A DNA stretch of 64,000 nucleotides, from contig JAWMAR010000143.1 in assembly GCA_036785375.1 (NCBI GenBank), positions 3,968,001 through 4,032,000 on the forward strand. The letters are read 5' to 3'. Under the pieces are notes generated by a model. That model did not search any database. It was not told the origin of the DNA and saw only the letters and a program-made list of their open reading frames with translations. Below, piece after piece: positions 12,371 through 25,670 of the stretch. The translations under genes were made by a program, and so were the position numbers. The DNA comes from Leucoraja ocellata (taxonomy: Eukaryota). How positions within the stretch are numbered: position 1 is the first letter of the stretch; the number at the start of each line of letters is the position of its first letter.

Positions 12371-15149
12371 GTGAGTAAAGTAAATTAGGGTAGAACCCCT
12401 TCTATGGAGCGTCCTGTTTACTCCAAGGTGACGTGAAAAGGCCAATAGAAATACTGAGCTTTATTACTTATGCTATTAAACATTCAATTCCCAGGCACAA
12501 TAAAGAGAAATGATGCTCACAGCACTACCCAGAATTTCTGGGGCTTTACCCACTTGGTGTTCTAAGCCTCGCCTTGCAGTTTGCAAAGAGGTTGCATCAT
12601 GGGATTTTTCTTTGGATCCTGGAAATCAAGGATTTCAATTTGAGCAATTTGAAGATAAATCAGTGGATAACTAAAGGAAATATGAGAATATGAGGATTTT
12701 GTCCCCTCCAGTAATACCTATGGGTGCTCCCCCAACACGGAGTCCTCGCAGGATCTTGCAGGCATACATTGCTGATCACGTGTCAAGCGGAAGTGCAGGA
12801 GAGGACAATTAGCCCCTTAGCTTTGATCTTGACCACGTAGATGCAGTCAGAGACTTGAATTTCTCTCTTTAGCTTTCGTTGACTCGCCATTTGTTCCATC
12901 ACCCAACCCAAGCCATTGCTTTTAGCGCAATATGCCCAGCACATATCCAGCCATAGTTTCCAGGTCATTGTAGTATTAGTAGTCATTCTGTGACTGCATT
13001 GCTCACCGTGTGATCTTCAGAGGCAGCAGACATTTCCATTTAAAATAGCAAATCTTAGGCCTGCACAAAAGAGCTCATTGCTGAACGGAGAAATTGCAAT
13101 GCATTTACAAAGCCAGATTCCATTATTTATGTGTCATAAGAATTTTTTATGGAACAGTTTGACACATAAAGGATACTTTACCTTACTTTACTTTAAATGG
13201 ACTAAATGTGATGATAGGAATGTAGTTTTGTACTTCAACAAAATGTGGGAATTTCTTGGTTCACATTGTAGAGTGTGAGGCCAATTGCAGCCATATTTAT
13301 TTGGGGGAGAATAAAGCAACTGTTGATTGTGAAGCAACTTTCAGGGTGAATAAAATATTCAGAGAGAGCAACTGTATAGAGAGCACAGCCATATTTACTG
13401 TGGAGACTACAGAAGGAAGGAATGAAGAACGGAAGCAACATCACCGACATGGAGAGCTGCTAACCGCCAGTTAGCAATGGCAATGAGGCCATCCCTTCTT
13501 CCATTGCTAACTCCACCACAGCCAAATAGAACAATGTTGACCAAAGTTAAATGACTTTAACTAAGTTAAAGCAGTTCAGGGTTAAAAACACACCTTCCTT
13601 TAATGTATTATGCAAAGTTGCCTGTCAGTTGCTTTTATCTGATTCTAATACTGCCCAGCAAAGCAGCAGGATGTCCATCCCACATCTGATGTTATTCCTG
13701 CTCTTGTATGTTTACATTTATCCAGGGCATAAGATCCCTTCTATGCATTGGAATTACTTGTTATCCGTGGCAACTGATGAGCATGTTCTCAATAGGTTAT
13801 ATTATAAAAGTTGGATTTTATAGATTCATTTTAATGATAATTATATAGTTAAATTGAGCTTTTAATGTGGATAAAAATAACAATAAGTGTACTCAATAAT
13901 TGCAACAGAAGATGAACAACCGCAATGTAACTTTTACGCTACTTTTTGAATCACAGTTATTGTGAGAAGCAGTTTAGGTAGCAAGCAACTTGTGAACTCA
14001 AATCAAAACAAACTGCAAGGCTAGTTATTTTATTTGTTGGTGCTGCCACATGGCAGATAACAAGAATCCAAGACATTTTCACCAGGCTATCATCAGGAAC
14101 AGTTACAGGCTCCTCCGAATGTGCTTGTTACGTTGTGAAGAAGTGTCCTTACCCGAAATGTTATCTGTACATTTCCCTCCATGGAGACTACTTAACCCAC
14201 TGACTTGCTCTACTTTGGCTTTTGCTTAAGAATGTCAGTGTTGTGCTTTATAACTATGGCCATGCCCTGTATCTCATATTCATGTTCAGTTTGTGTAATG
14301 GTAAATCCAAGCAGTCATAGCCCACCGCTGCAGAAGATTGGTTTGAGCCTCCAGGATTTACACTAAATCTTGTTCTCAAGGTAAAGATTTCCAGAGACCA
14401 CCAGTTGATAGCATTAAAGGCATTGCAAATACTCTTGTGAAAATATGCGTCTTCTTTGCCATCGGTTACAGACGCATTGAGGGGAGAAGTGAATATCTTT
14501 GTGATTTGTATAAATAGTAGCAAACCGTGATAGAATATTTGGGTCATGTGATTCAATAACCACGAGCACTTTCAGGAATCCTGCCACCCTGTAGTTGCAG
14601 ATCTCTGTTAAAGTGCTGTTGATTGTCCATAGAAAGAGAATGAAATTTGATGCTCAAGCAAACCGTGCCATAGACCAGCTTCACATATCAGTTACACTCT
14701 TGATTGGCTAATATTTTCAATGTTTCCAGTGGCTGTTTGATCTTGATACATCTAAATCGATGCAGTTATCACTGTGTTAGTGCCTGGCTGCAAGCTCCTT
14801 TCTGCTGTGTAATGTTGCTTTTCATAATTGCTACTCTGATGAATTGGACCTCATTCTTGTACAGGTATATAGACATCTACCTGAACATTCTGATTTTGAA
14901 GTACAAGCAGATGTGTGCCAGTTACCTGAGCTACATCATGACCTACTCTGACTTGTTTCTTGTCCTTTTAAGAAAAGCAAAGTTTCAATTGATTTCCTGG
15001 ACAGCACCAGATCAAACGTTGCGAAGGCTCTTGAACACCTCGGTTAAAAAAGCTAGGATGAATTAAATGCTAAGAAGCCTCAGCAATGGGTTCTTCTTCA
15101 CAATGTTGTCATTGTCTTGTTAAACATTTGATTTAAACCTGTAGATAAA

Positions 15150-15760
15150 TGAGAAGGCCGTTCAGCCCCAATGAGTCTACGCCAACTTTTTTGAAAAGTA
15201 ATTCAATTAGTCCCTTGCAAAAGTGAAATATTGTGAATGCTGAAATCAGTAAAAGGTCACTGACCTGAAACTTTAATTGTTTCTCCTGCTCCATAGCCCG
15301 TTAAGTATTTCCAGCCTTTTTTGTTTCAATTATATTAGTCTATGCCTTTGTTCTTTTGTATTCCTGTAATTTTTCTCCTTCAAGCATTTATCCTTTTTTG
15401 TTTTGAAGTACGCTGTTGAACCTGCCTCTCCCAATCAGTCAGGCAGTGCATTCCAAATCCCAGCCACATGTTGCAGAGACAAGTTGAGCTCATCATTCTG
15501 GTGGGACTTATTTTCCTAATCATCTTGAATCTTTGCCCTACGATCCTTTAGAAACACTTTTTCTTTACCTACTTGAACTGAATAATTTATGGGTTTTTAA
15601 AACATAATTTAAGTAAACCTACCCTTCTTATACTCCCTTGCTGTAAGAAAAATAATCCTTACTTCTCCATTGTATCCACGTGGCTATAATCTCTTGTTCG
15701 TGGAAACGTTCTTGTTCAAACTCGAGATCATCTTCAAGTGAGGTGCCCAGAATGTAATAT
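15150..15760 (-). mobile_element. Old CR1-like 3' fragment with an embedded old pLTR remnant (about 15225-15325)
   Basis: aggccgttcagccc...aggcagtgcattccaaatcc resembles the reverse complement of CR1 3' ends. aaggtcactgacctgaaac is a decayed pLTR core. Confidence 0.5.
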
Positions 15761-15829
15761 TATGGAAAGCAAAAATCCATTAAAAGAGCATTTTTGTATA
15801 AATGAACAATGTCTGCAGGCCATGGAAGT

Positions 15830-15975
15830 GACAGTCAATGGTCAGTTTGATAGTGCTTCTGCCTCACAGCTTGAGTGACCTGGATTCTGTACTGACCTAT
15901 AATACTGTGTGGGGAATTTGCATGTTCTCCTGACTGTTTGTTTAATACCGGGTGCTCCAGTTTCCTTACATTTTT
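15830..15975 (+). mobile_element. HE1-type tRNA SINE, 5' portion, old
   Basis: tgcctcacagc...gacctggattc...gggaatttgcatgttctcc...ccgggtgctccagtttcc; same family as 46396-46709. Confidence 0.65.
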
Positions 15976-16976
15976 TACATAAATACTAAACCTGATGGAT
16001 GAAATGGATAAAGCAGACTGGAATTTAGGCTGCAGTGTAACAGTATCATAATGCCAAGTGTGGAACAACTGCAAAAACTATTGAATATCTGAACTAAATT
16101 TTAAAAAGCTAGAAATATTCAGCATATCAGGCAGCACATGTACAGGAAGAGAAACGGAGTCAATATATATTTCAGGGTGATATTTTATTGTCATCTTATT
16201 TCTGGGTAAAGGTGATGGATTTAACAGTAGTCAAAAAACAAAAGAAGCAGTCCATATGAAAATCTTCAACCTGAACCATTAGTTCTGCTTCCTTCTCCAT
16301 AGTTGCTGCCTGAACTGCTAAGTATTTCCTGTGTTTTACATTTTCTTTTCACATCATTATATATTGCTTTATTCATCTGCTTTCTCAATGTGGAAGGTAT
16401 TTTCCTCAACTAATTGAAATCCAAAAGAGAAAAAGTAGCAAAATGGGTTAGAATCCTTCAATAAAAAAACTCCAAACAGCTTTCTGCTCAAAAGTGCAGA
16501 CTTGGATGCTCGCAGCAGATTTATTTCTAAATAAAGTAAAAGTTATATATTTTTGTTTAATATGGAATAACACAAGGATTGTGTTTAATGTGCTTAATTC
16601 ATTGCAGATACATTGATGAATTGAAATGAAAGACCAAAATTTCATTGGAATTCTGGTAGATAAACTGTGTTATGTAGCTATCACCAATAACAATGAGGTA
16701 ACCATTGCCAGTTAGCCTTGACAAATGTGGAGTAGGAGAACATAGTAGATTAAGAATTTCGGACCTGTATACATACAACAGCACAAGCTTTTCCTTCAGA
16801 AATATAAATACTTGAAACCCACAAGGAACAGTATGCAATAAGGTTGACATTCAAGAGAGGTTCTTATTTTTAGGGTACTTATTGTATCATAGTTGCTGTT
16901 ACTATGAATGTTATACTTCAGATAGCATCACAGGATAGCATCCCTCTTTATTGCAGCAAAGAAGGTTTTACTGATG

Positions 16977-17212
16977 TGTAGAAAGGAACTGCAGATGTTG
17001 GTTTACATCGAAGAATGCTGGAGTAACTCGGTGGGTGAGGCAGCATCTCTGGAGAAAAGGAATAGGTGATGTTTCGGGTCGAGAACCTTCATTAGACTGA
17101 AAGTTTGAGTGAGACTGAGGGGAGAGGGAAGGCTGACTCCTTTCTTCTCTCCAAAGATGCTGCCTGTCCCACTGAGTTACTGCAGCATTTTGTGTATCCC
17201 TCTCCCCTGAGT
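16977..17212 (-). mobile_element. Fold-back Penelope pLTR unit (reverse orientation)
   Basis: Full reverse pLTR plus a partial inverted arm (ttcttctctccaaagatgctgcctgtccc...). Flanked by ggttttactgatg (16964-16976) and ggtttaacagatg (17213-17225), 11/13 identical. Confidence 0.8.
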
Positions 17213-17979
17213 GGTTTAACAGATGCTCTGCTTTGTATAGATCTACCAACAGCATTATCAACAGGAACTGCCATTTAGAGCATGAGAGGGTGCAATCTTA
17301 CCAATGACTCATTCTCCCAAGTTGCAGAGCATTAGTGATTGTATCTTTTCATGTTTGCCAACAATATTTGACATCCTTTGCAGAATTATTACCCCAGGAA
17401 CATGTAAATGGAGGATTAGCATTATCAGTACAATCCCAGTTACTCATAGAGAAAATATTTGAGAAGCATAAATTACCTGATGTTTCCCCCTTCTGACACA
17501 CATTTGTCAAACAATGACAGTCAACACCTTCTCCTCCGATTACCATTTTGACACAATGTCATATAATGATGCCATTGTTAAGGACCTGAATAAAAAGCAT
17601 GTAGAAAAAGATCAATAAAATAAAAGCATTCATCGCAGAAAGGGAGAGAGTTGCGTGAGTCTCACTGTTACATTCATTCCAAGATCTCTGCATTAAACAG
17701 GCACTTTTATATATTCTTTTTGCCAGATTTATGATCGTTGAATTCTTGCTGTTTTTATTTCAATGTTATCACTGCATATGTTTAGTGCATTTTTCATTTG
17801 GTTGATGGACACTGCTTTTGAACAGTGATTAGCTAATGACAGGAAGACCTATTTGCATGTAAACTAACCTAATAGAATTGGGTTATGATTTTTATGGCTT
17901 GTCATTGTGTGTTATTTCTCTGTTGTCTTTTTGTGTTATATTATTTTCCTTGATTTTGAAAGATATTGTAAATCACTTT

Positions 17980-18730
17980 GTCGTAGAATCAGAGAGTTAC
18001 ACAGCATAGAATCAGTCCCTTCAGCTATCATGTCCATGCTGACCTTTTTGCTCATCTATACTAATGTCTTGTGTTCTGTATCCTTCTGGGCCTTGTCCAT
18101 TTAAGTACTTCTTTAAATGTCTCTTGATGGTGCAATTATATATGACCATTCAGCCCACGAGTCCGTGCTGACCTACCGTCGCCTACACACTAGTTCTATG
18201 TTTTCCCAGTTTTGCGTTCTACACACCAGGGGCAAATTACAAAAAACATTCCACTCAAATCTGCTTTAAAATTACTTCCCTTAAACGTATTCCCTCTTGT
18301 TTCTGACAGCCTTACCATGGAAAAATTATTCTGACTATATCCTCTCTGCACATCTCAAAACTTAATATACCTCTATGTTACCCCTCAGGCTTTTCCACTC
18401 CCAGGGAAATCAACTCCAGCATATCAAATTGCTCCCATAATAAAGTCTTGTAATCCAGGCAACATCATATGGAATTTTCTTTACTCCCCAACATAACCAC
18501 ATTCTTCCCATAGTGCAGCAACTAGAACTGCACACAGTCCTACAAATGCAGTCTAACCAACATGTGTAGGAAATAACGGCAGATGCTGGTTTAAATTGAA
18601 GATAGACACAAAATTCTGAGTTACTGCAGCATTTTGCGTCTATCTGCAGTCTAACCGGTGTTTTGTAAAGTTGCAACAGAACTTCCCAACTTTTACATTC
18701 TGTGTCCAAACTTATGAGGGCAAGCATGTC
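17980..18730 (-). mobile_element. CR1 3' fragment with a nested SINE piece (about 18145-18245) and a pLTR unit
   Basis: Minus-strand ORF 18410..18727 reads ECKSWEVLLQLYKTPVRLQ (CR1 EYKSWDVMLQLYKTLVRP). The 3' tail matches the CR1 end. Confidence 0.75.
18563..18644 (-). mobile_element. Collapsed fold-back pLTR unit (82 bp)
   Basis: tgtgtaggaaataacggcagatgctgg...gatagacacaaaat followed by ctgagttactgcagcattttgcgtctatc. Direct repeat tgcagtctaacc at 18547-18558 and 18645-18656. Confidence 0.8.
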
Positions 18731-18736
18731 ATATGC

Positions 18737-19061
18737 TTTAGTTTACTTTACAACACAGCACAGCAGATACAGCACAAAAACAAGCTTTTCCACCCACTGA
18801 GTCCACACAGACCAGTGATCACTCCATACACTAACACTATCCTGCGCAGTAAGGCCAATTTACAATTTTACCGAAGCCAATTAACCTACAAGCCTGTATG
18901 GCTTTGGAGCAAGGGAGGAAACCGGAGCACCCGGAGAAAACCCACGTGGAAACAGAGAGAACCTACAAACTCCGCAAAGACATCACCCGTAGACAGGATC
19001 AAACCTGGGTTTCTGATGCTGTAAAGCAGCCAGCAATTCTGCTGCTGCCCCACTGCCGCCC
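18737..19061 (-). mobile_element. HE1-type tRNA SINE
   Basis: Core ccggagcacccggagaaaacccac...acaaactccgca, head ggatcaaacctgggt (B-box on - strand) ...ctgccccactgccgccc, and a (ttta)-type tail. Confidence 0.85.
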
Positions 19062-19820
19062 TTCTGCACCTTCTTCCCCATCCTATTTATTTGTGCTGCC
19101 ACATTCAGGGAACTATCAACTTTGAACCACTAGATCCCTCGTTTGTTAACATTCCTTAGCGCCTTATCCATTTACTTCATATATCCAATCCCATCCTGCA
19201 TGTCTTCCCTGAATGATCAATTGCAGCAACCCCGTAGAGTTGCTGTTTGAGGACTGTTTGAGTCACTGTTATCATCAGAGTCACATGTTTGAGGATAAAT
19301 AGTCCACACCTGTGACTGCCACTGGTGGAGGGCTTGCTTTATTGATGTAGCCATGGATAAAAACACCATTGACAAGAATAGTTATTGAACATACTTCATT
19401 GTCCTTGAGAAGATGGCATGAGGTGTGCCTTAAACAACTACGATCCATGCAATGCCACAGGATCCTGTGGAAGATGGGAAATTCTGGGATTTTAACGGTG
19501 ATGAATATAGAATAACAACCACATTTTCAGGTCCCTATTACATGTAGAATATGAGGGTGCTTGAAAGTGCTGGAATATTTTATTCCATTCAATAAACTAA
19601 ATCCAAGATAGTGTCATATTAGTGGTGATTTCATGCTGTCACTACGCTTCTGGGTGGTTAATGTTGCAGGTTTAGGAGATGCTACTGAAGAAATGTCAAT
19701 GGGTTTGAGCTTCGCACCTGGTGGATAGTATATGTTGTACACTTAACACACCCATGATGAATGTTTCGTGGTCATTTGTCGGTCAAACAGTCTGCTTTTC
19801 TAGATAGTAGAACAGGACAT

Positions 19821-20270
19821 GAAGGATACAAAGTGTTGGAGTTATTCAGCAGTTCAGGCAGCATCTCTGGAGAATATTGATAGTGAACATTTTGGTTGCG
19901 ACCTTTATTCAGACTGATTGTGGGGGGGGGGGGGAGGAGCCAGAATAGGGGAGAGGAGGGACAAAGAGTGGCAGCTGGACACAGGCAAGGGGGATGTTTG
20001 ATAAGCAGATGATTGGAACAAAGGCTAGAGATAAAGGCAGAAGGTATTAGGCAGGATTGAAGTTGTGAACTGTGAAGCTTGTGGGTGGAAAGTCGCAGGA
20101 GGGGAGAAATATGTGGGAGTCTAGCTGGGGCACCGGGGGGGGGATGAACAAGGGTGGTGTGGGGGAGAAGGGGAAGTGGGTTAGTACAATACCTAATATT
20201 GAAGAATTCAATGTTCATAGCATTGGGTTGTAAGCTACCCAAGCGGAATATGAGGTGCTGTTCCTCATGT
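19821..20270 (-). mobile_element. Penelope 3' end (GIY-YIG C-terminus and pLTR)
   Basis: ORF 19772..20326 contains EEQHLIFRLGSLQPNAMNIEFFNIR, matching the ORF end at 6290-6365. A pLTR follows. Confidence 0.85.
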
Positions 20271-20871
20271 TCACAGAGACAGGGAGAATTGGGGGAAACT
20301 ATTGGAAAGACTGTAATAGGTTCCAACTAAAGTTGTCTAAGTAACAATCACTTTTTTTTTAAAGGCCATTAGATACAAAAAACAAACAAATTGAAAATGA
20401 AAAGTTCAAATATATCTGTGAAAGGAAATGAAAGCATGGTTCCTTGGAATTGTTATTAACTTAACTGTTGGGATTGGCTGTTGACTTATGAATAAGTTTT
20501 TTGTGGCTTTTTCCATTGACATTTGGTCCAGAATATGACATCATATATGTCTAGTGAAAATAGAGATATTATAACAATTGTAGTTCCTAAATCTATAAAG
20601 TTTGTTATTAATTTTAATCTATCAAATAGTGTGTGTCCTCAGTTTATCCAGACAGAGATGCCACATTATTGTCAGTTCTGCTGTGTGGAAGAAATTGATA
20701 TTTTTTTCAAAAGTCACTATTTAATTTTATAAATGCCATAAAAATGTGCCTGCTTTGGGAAAGAAATGTTGTAGTTTAGCTTACTGCAATATCACATTTC
20801 ATTCACATCGATGCTGCCTCCATTAACTATAATCGTTGCTTACAAATCCTTTTCTTTAGCTGTGGTTTTGA

Positions 20872-21105
<234 letters not shown>

Positions 21106-21931
21106 TGAACATAGATAGTGCTGGCCTTCTAAGGTGGTCCAAGCAATAGGTCACATATCTAAATGCACAGAGATGTTAATGCGGAAAGCTAGATAGTTCA
21201 TCCTTTTTCTATATAAAGTTACTTTGCATCATTTTCATTATTATCAATGGAAAACATCAAACTTTGCTAAAATCATTTTCCACTGAGCATAAAGATTTTC
21301 CTCCTGCAATTATCTGTTTGCTGGCTTCCAGATAAATGGTGCCTGTATTTAAGTTGTTAAGTGACTTTTCTTCAACAGTGTTTTCTCCCTTAAACAATAA
21401 ACATTATGACATGTGAAAACTGTTCAGGGTTTTCTTTGCATCTGTTTTCAGAAATAGTCCTGTGGTAGAGAATTAATTAGCAATGTACCTTTTGTCCATG
21501 ATTTGGAATGAGACATCTGCTTATGGCTTGTTAAATGGGAAACCAGCACAGGAGAACATAGTGGCCAACCTTGGACTCCCATCTGTGCTTTTGATGCAAT
21601 TTTCAGGCCTGTCTCTAAATAGTAATCGGCTTCACTGCTGAAAATGCACAATTTGATGTATGACCCCAGAGAATGCCCAATGAATTTTTCCCAGGGATAC
21701 TTGGTGACCTTTAAGAGAGAGGTAAGTTTTCGAGCGATTTTAAGGACTAGCAAGCACATTAATGCTCCTTCCTGACCTGGAAAATAAAGTATGTCCACGT
21801 CCAGATTATTCATTTCTCCATCCCAAAGGCCAACAAAGGATCCTGGTAGAGATGCAATTCCATGCAGGACTCAGCAGCGATTTGCCATCTGAAACCTGCA
21901 ACTCTAATATTCAAATGAGGCTCAATTCCTG

Positions 21932-22017
21932 CGGTAGACAAAAATGCTGGAGAAACTCAGCGGGTGAGGCAGCATCTATGGAGGAATAGGTGATGTTTCA
22001 GGTCGATTCAGATTCTT
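21932..22017 (-). mobile_element. Collapsed pLTR unit with perfect TSD
   Basis: ggtagacaaaaatgctggagaaactcagcgggtgaggcagcatc arm. Direct repeat ctcaattcctg at 21921-21931 and 22018-22028. Confidence 0.85.
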
Positions 22018-23879
22018 CTCAATTCCTGACAATGGCTTGCCTGATTGTCAATTATAGTGATGCACTGCTAACGCACACATTGGGTCCAAGTTAACAATCA
22101 CACACCGCCCATGCAGGGGTCAAGCTTCTTTTACTCCTGCCTGTCATTCAGTCAACAATTTAGTATACAAATTGATCAAATATTGATCTGTTAACTCCCC
22201 ACAAACATTATCCCACAGTGTGTCAGAAGCTTGGAGTCACACGCATCGCTGACACTCAGTCACTTGTGTTTTCTAACTGAGATGCATGCTTTTGGGCTCT
22301 TCAGCTAATACAGTCATTAGAATGATAGATTAGAAGGCATAAGCATAGATCAGATTGTTTTAGGCTTATTCTTGGGATGGTGCAAGACCATTTCACTATT
22401 CCAAGCTGCCATGTTAGTGATAGAAAATAAAAATAAGTAAATCTTGCATGCATGATGGCAGATTGGGAGTTGTTATTTGCTTGTGAATGACAGTAGATTT
22501 ACTATATAAGGTTGTACATACATGTTCTGAAGTAAGTTGAGGTTAAGTATGATCATATATCTCATGATTGTTTACTGAAGAATTCTACCAATGCTGCTGG
22601 TAGCATAATTGAAATTATACTTAAAAGATGTTTCTCTGCCAGTGAAAATGAGGCAATAAATGTGGTCGCATATTTCTTGCAAATTATTTGACTACATTTC
22701 AGCTTCTTCATTAGCATGGATCAAAACGGAAGGTCAACTGCAATTGGGCGTAAATCAACTTTTTAAAAGATATTATTACCTGTCCATATTTTACATCCTG
22801 TTAAGTTTAAAATATATAAATATTTTCAATTTGAAGCCTGATGTCCTTACACTAGACGTTTCACCTTCGTATTTGTAGGTGAGCTTGCATAACAGAAATA
22901 ATAGGATGTATCTTGTCAGTGTACCTTTAGCTGCAGGTGGGTGGCAAAGTGGTGTTGCAGCCAGCTCAGCTCACTGCATGCAGCAATTGAGATGAGAATT
23001 CTTCTGGCTGTTGTGTGCAGCAACATGATGGAAATTGGGAATTATTCCTCACACTTTTCACACGTGCATTTCTAATAACACAGGAAATACCCAAGAAGAA
23101 CATTCTGGCCTATTTACAACTAGATCAAATTTTACTCAAACATTTGTAAAATGTTCGTCAGCAATTTTCAGTAGTGCATCATTAAATATCAAGGAGATTT
23201 TATCCGATAATAAATTGAATGAAGATTCAATTGTAAAATCCTGTAAAATCACAATTTTATCCCTTTCTTGCTGTTATTTAGCTCCCAGGAAGCAATGGAT
23301 ATAGCCCAAGCAGTTTTCAACATTCTAAAATCCTAGTCATTGTTTATTGCAATAAATTATTGTTAATAGTAACATTAGCAAATGCCTGCCTATGCTCTGT
23401 AGTGATATGTTGCCTTTATTGTATACTTTGAGTGATGATTCCACTTGACATCTATTGTTTTTGTTGTTTTAACTCATTTGTTTATATTGCTTCATTATTC
23501 CTCAGATCCTTGCATTCCAGATAATAACAGATATTAACTAGCGGCATTTACTGTGACCCTTGATAGATTTGTTTCCCCAATGATACATCTTGTAAGAAAT
23601 AAAATTAATTTACTGTTTTGCAATGGAAAATTGTAGCGCTGCAATTATCACCCTACAAAAAGAAAAGGTTGTGCCTTTCTATGTCTGTTTTTAAAAATAA
23701 ATGTTAGCCAAAGTTCTTCAAGCTTTGTTCTTAATCAGGGGGTTTAAAAGGTGCACCATGCATAAATGTGGGTGAGTGCTTCTACAGACCCTGCTGTCTT
23801 TCAATCAGGCTTAAGATGTGTGTTGTTTGTGTGCGACCCACTGCTTCTTCTTGAACGCATGTATCCCTTCCCTTCACAG

Positions 23880-23971
23880 CCTACTCGACACCCAGCACCT
23901 CCCCTGCAAACCGATTCGTGAGTGTTGGACCACGGGATCCCAGCTTTGTAAATATCCCTCAACAGCCACAG
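23880..23971 (+). CDS. NFIA: NFIA coding exon (vertebrate exon 10, cassette), 92 nt, phase 1 to phase 0
   Basis: tcacag acceptor, (T)YSTPSTSPANRFVSVGPRDPSFVNIPQQPQ, donor cag|gtgggc. Phase is compatible with exons 9 and 11. Confidence 0.96.
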
Positions 23972-24539
23972 GTGGGCAGCTTTGAACCTTTTTGTATCCA
24001 GTGTAGCTTTTTGTGGTCTTGTCATTTAGTGCAGTGAGCTGCAATCATTTGCTACAATTGTACTGCACGTTGGAATTCTTGAACTATATGTTCGAGCTAC
24101 GAAGCCATCTGGACGTAAAATCCACGCATCCTCTAATGTTGCCGAGCAAAAAAATGTAGTGTTGTAAGTCATTATAAAGTAGTAAAATGTTGCCAAGTTT
24201 GTTTTTACTTTCATAATCCATAGGAAGTACATCAGTTGGCTAGTTTTTAATTTGTATTTCTTTCTTCTTTAACCTTTCATGTTCCAATGAAGGAAAAACA
24301 GCAAAGTGGTGTGCAGATTCTTGTTTACAAAGTGATGGCTGCAATTTCTGTCTAAGTAGTCTCAAGACCTACAGAAATTCAATCTGTCTAATTTAGAAGA
24401 GCTGTTTTAGTTTAGTCAGTTATTTTAATGTGTACTTTTATAAAATACCTCTAAGCTGATGATGTAGCTTCAAATGTATGAGCCTGAGAATAGAATCAAT
24501 AATTTAACATTAAGAATATTCATGTTCAGATCACATAAT

Positions 24540-25460
24540 TCACATGAACCTAAGGACGTGAATCGGGAGAAGGCCTCTCATTTCTTCACCAATCTCCACC
24601 AATCAATAAACTTATGGCTGATCCTTTACCTCGGCACAGTTTCCTAATTAAACCCCATGCCTCCTGATTCCCTTAAATTACGAAATTTTATCTATCCTTT
24701 TCCTAGCCATACTCAATCATCAAATGCTCTTGAGCAGAAAATTCCAAAGATTCACTACGCTTTGGTTGAGGAATTTTCTTCTAATTTCAGTACTGAATGG
24801 CTGATCCATAGTTTCGAGTGTAACCGCTGATTCCAGATACCTCAGCCAGGACAAACATGATCCATGCATCTACCCTGTCAGGCCCTGTAAGAATTTTGTA
24901 TGTTTCAATGAGATCACCTCAAATTTGTTTAAACGCATGAGAGTGTGTGGTGTAATCTCTCCTCAAAGGACAACATTTCCAAGCCAGGAATCAATCTGGT
25001 GAAGGTAGACACAAAAAGCTGGAGTAACTCAGCGGGACAGGCAGCATCTCTGGAGAGAAGGAAAGGGTGGCATTTTGGGTCAAGACCCTTCTTCAGACCC
25101 GAAATGTCACCCATTCCTTCTCTCCAGAGATGCTGCCTGTCCCATTGAGTTACTCCAGCTTTTTGTGTCTATCTTTGGTTTAAACCAACATCTGCAGTTC
25201 CTTCTACACATCAATCTGGTGAACCCTGATTAAACTTCATCTATCATAGGTAGACTGTTCCTTAGGTAGGGTGGCATGACCTGTCCACAATATTCCAGGT
25301 GCATTCTCACCAACCCGCTGTATAATTTCACTGAGGTGTCTTATTCTTGTATTCAAATGATCTTGCAACATTCTGTTTATCTTCCTATTTATCTGTTGTA
25401 TCAGTAGGTTAACTTTAATTTATGTACAAGGATACTCAAGTCTTTCCAAGCACCAATCAT
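24540..25460 (-). mobile_element. Old CR1 3' fragment interrupted by a hairpin unit
   Basis: The minus strand reads FTRLIPGLEMLSFEERL across the insertion (CR1 FTRLIPGM..LSYEERL). aattccaaagattcactac is the reverse complement of the RVVNLWN region. Confidence 0.75.
25004..25209 (+). mobile_element. Fold-back Penelope pLTR unit with 14-bp TSD
   Basis: Inverted arms tagacacaaaaagctggagtaactc... and ...gagttactccagctttttgtgtcta, plus a tail. Perfect direct repeat atcaatctggtgaa at 24990-25003 and 25210-25223. Confidence 0.93.
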
Positions 25461-25670
25461 TTATACTCTGTTACTATTTACATTTTGTCGTTATTTTCTG
25501 CTGTTTATTCATTATTCATTCTATCGAAATTCCTCTGAATTTTCTCTGCATTCAACTCTAACTATATTAATTAAAGAGGTGCTTATCAGTTTATTTAGCA
25601 ATTTATTTTCATTTATAGTGGGCAGGGAAGTGTCTTAAAAATACAGCAAATGTTGGCATATGAATCCAGT

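Noticed and set aside
23919-23921. TGA in the exon-10 alternative frame as selenocysteine or readthrough
   Set aside because: No SECIS was identified and the context (TGA GTG) is not a readthrough motif. A synonymous change in the main frame explains it.
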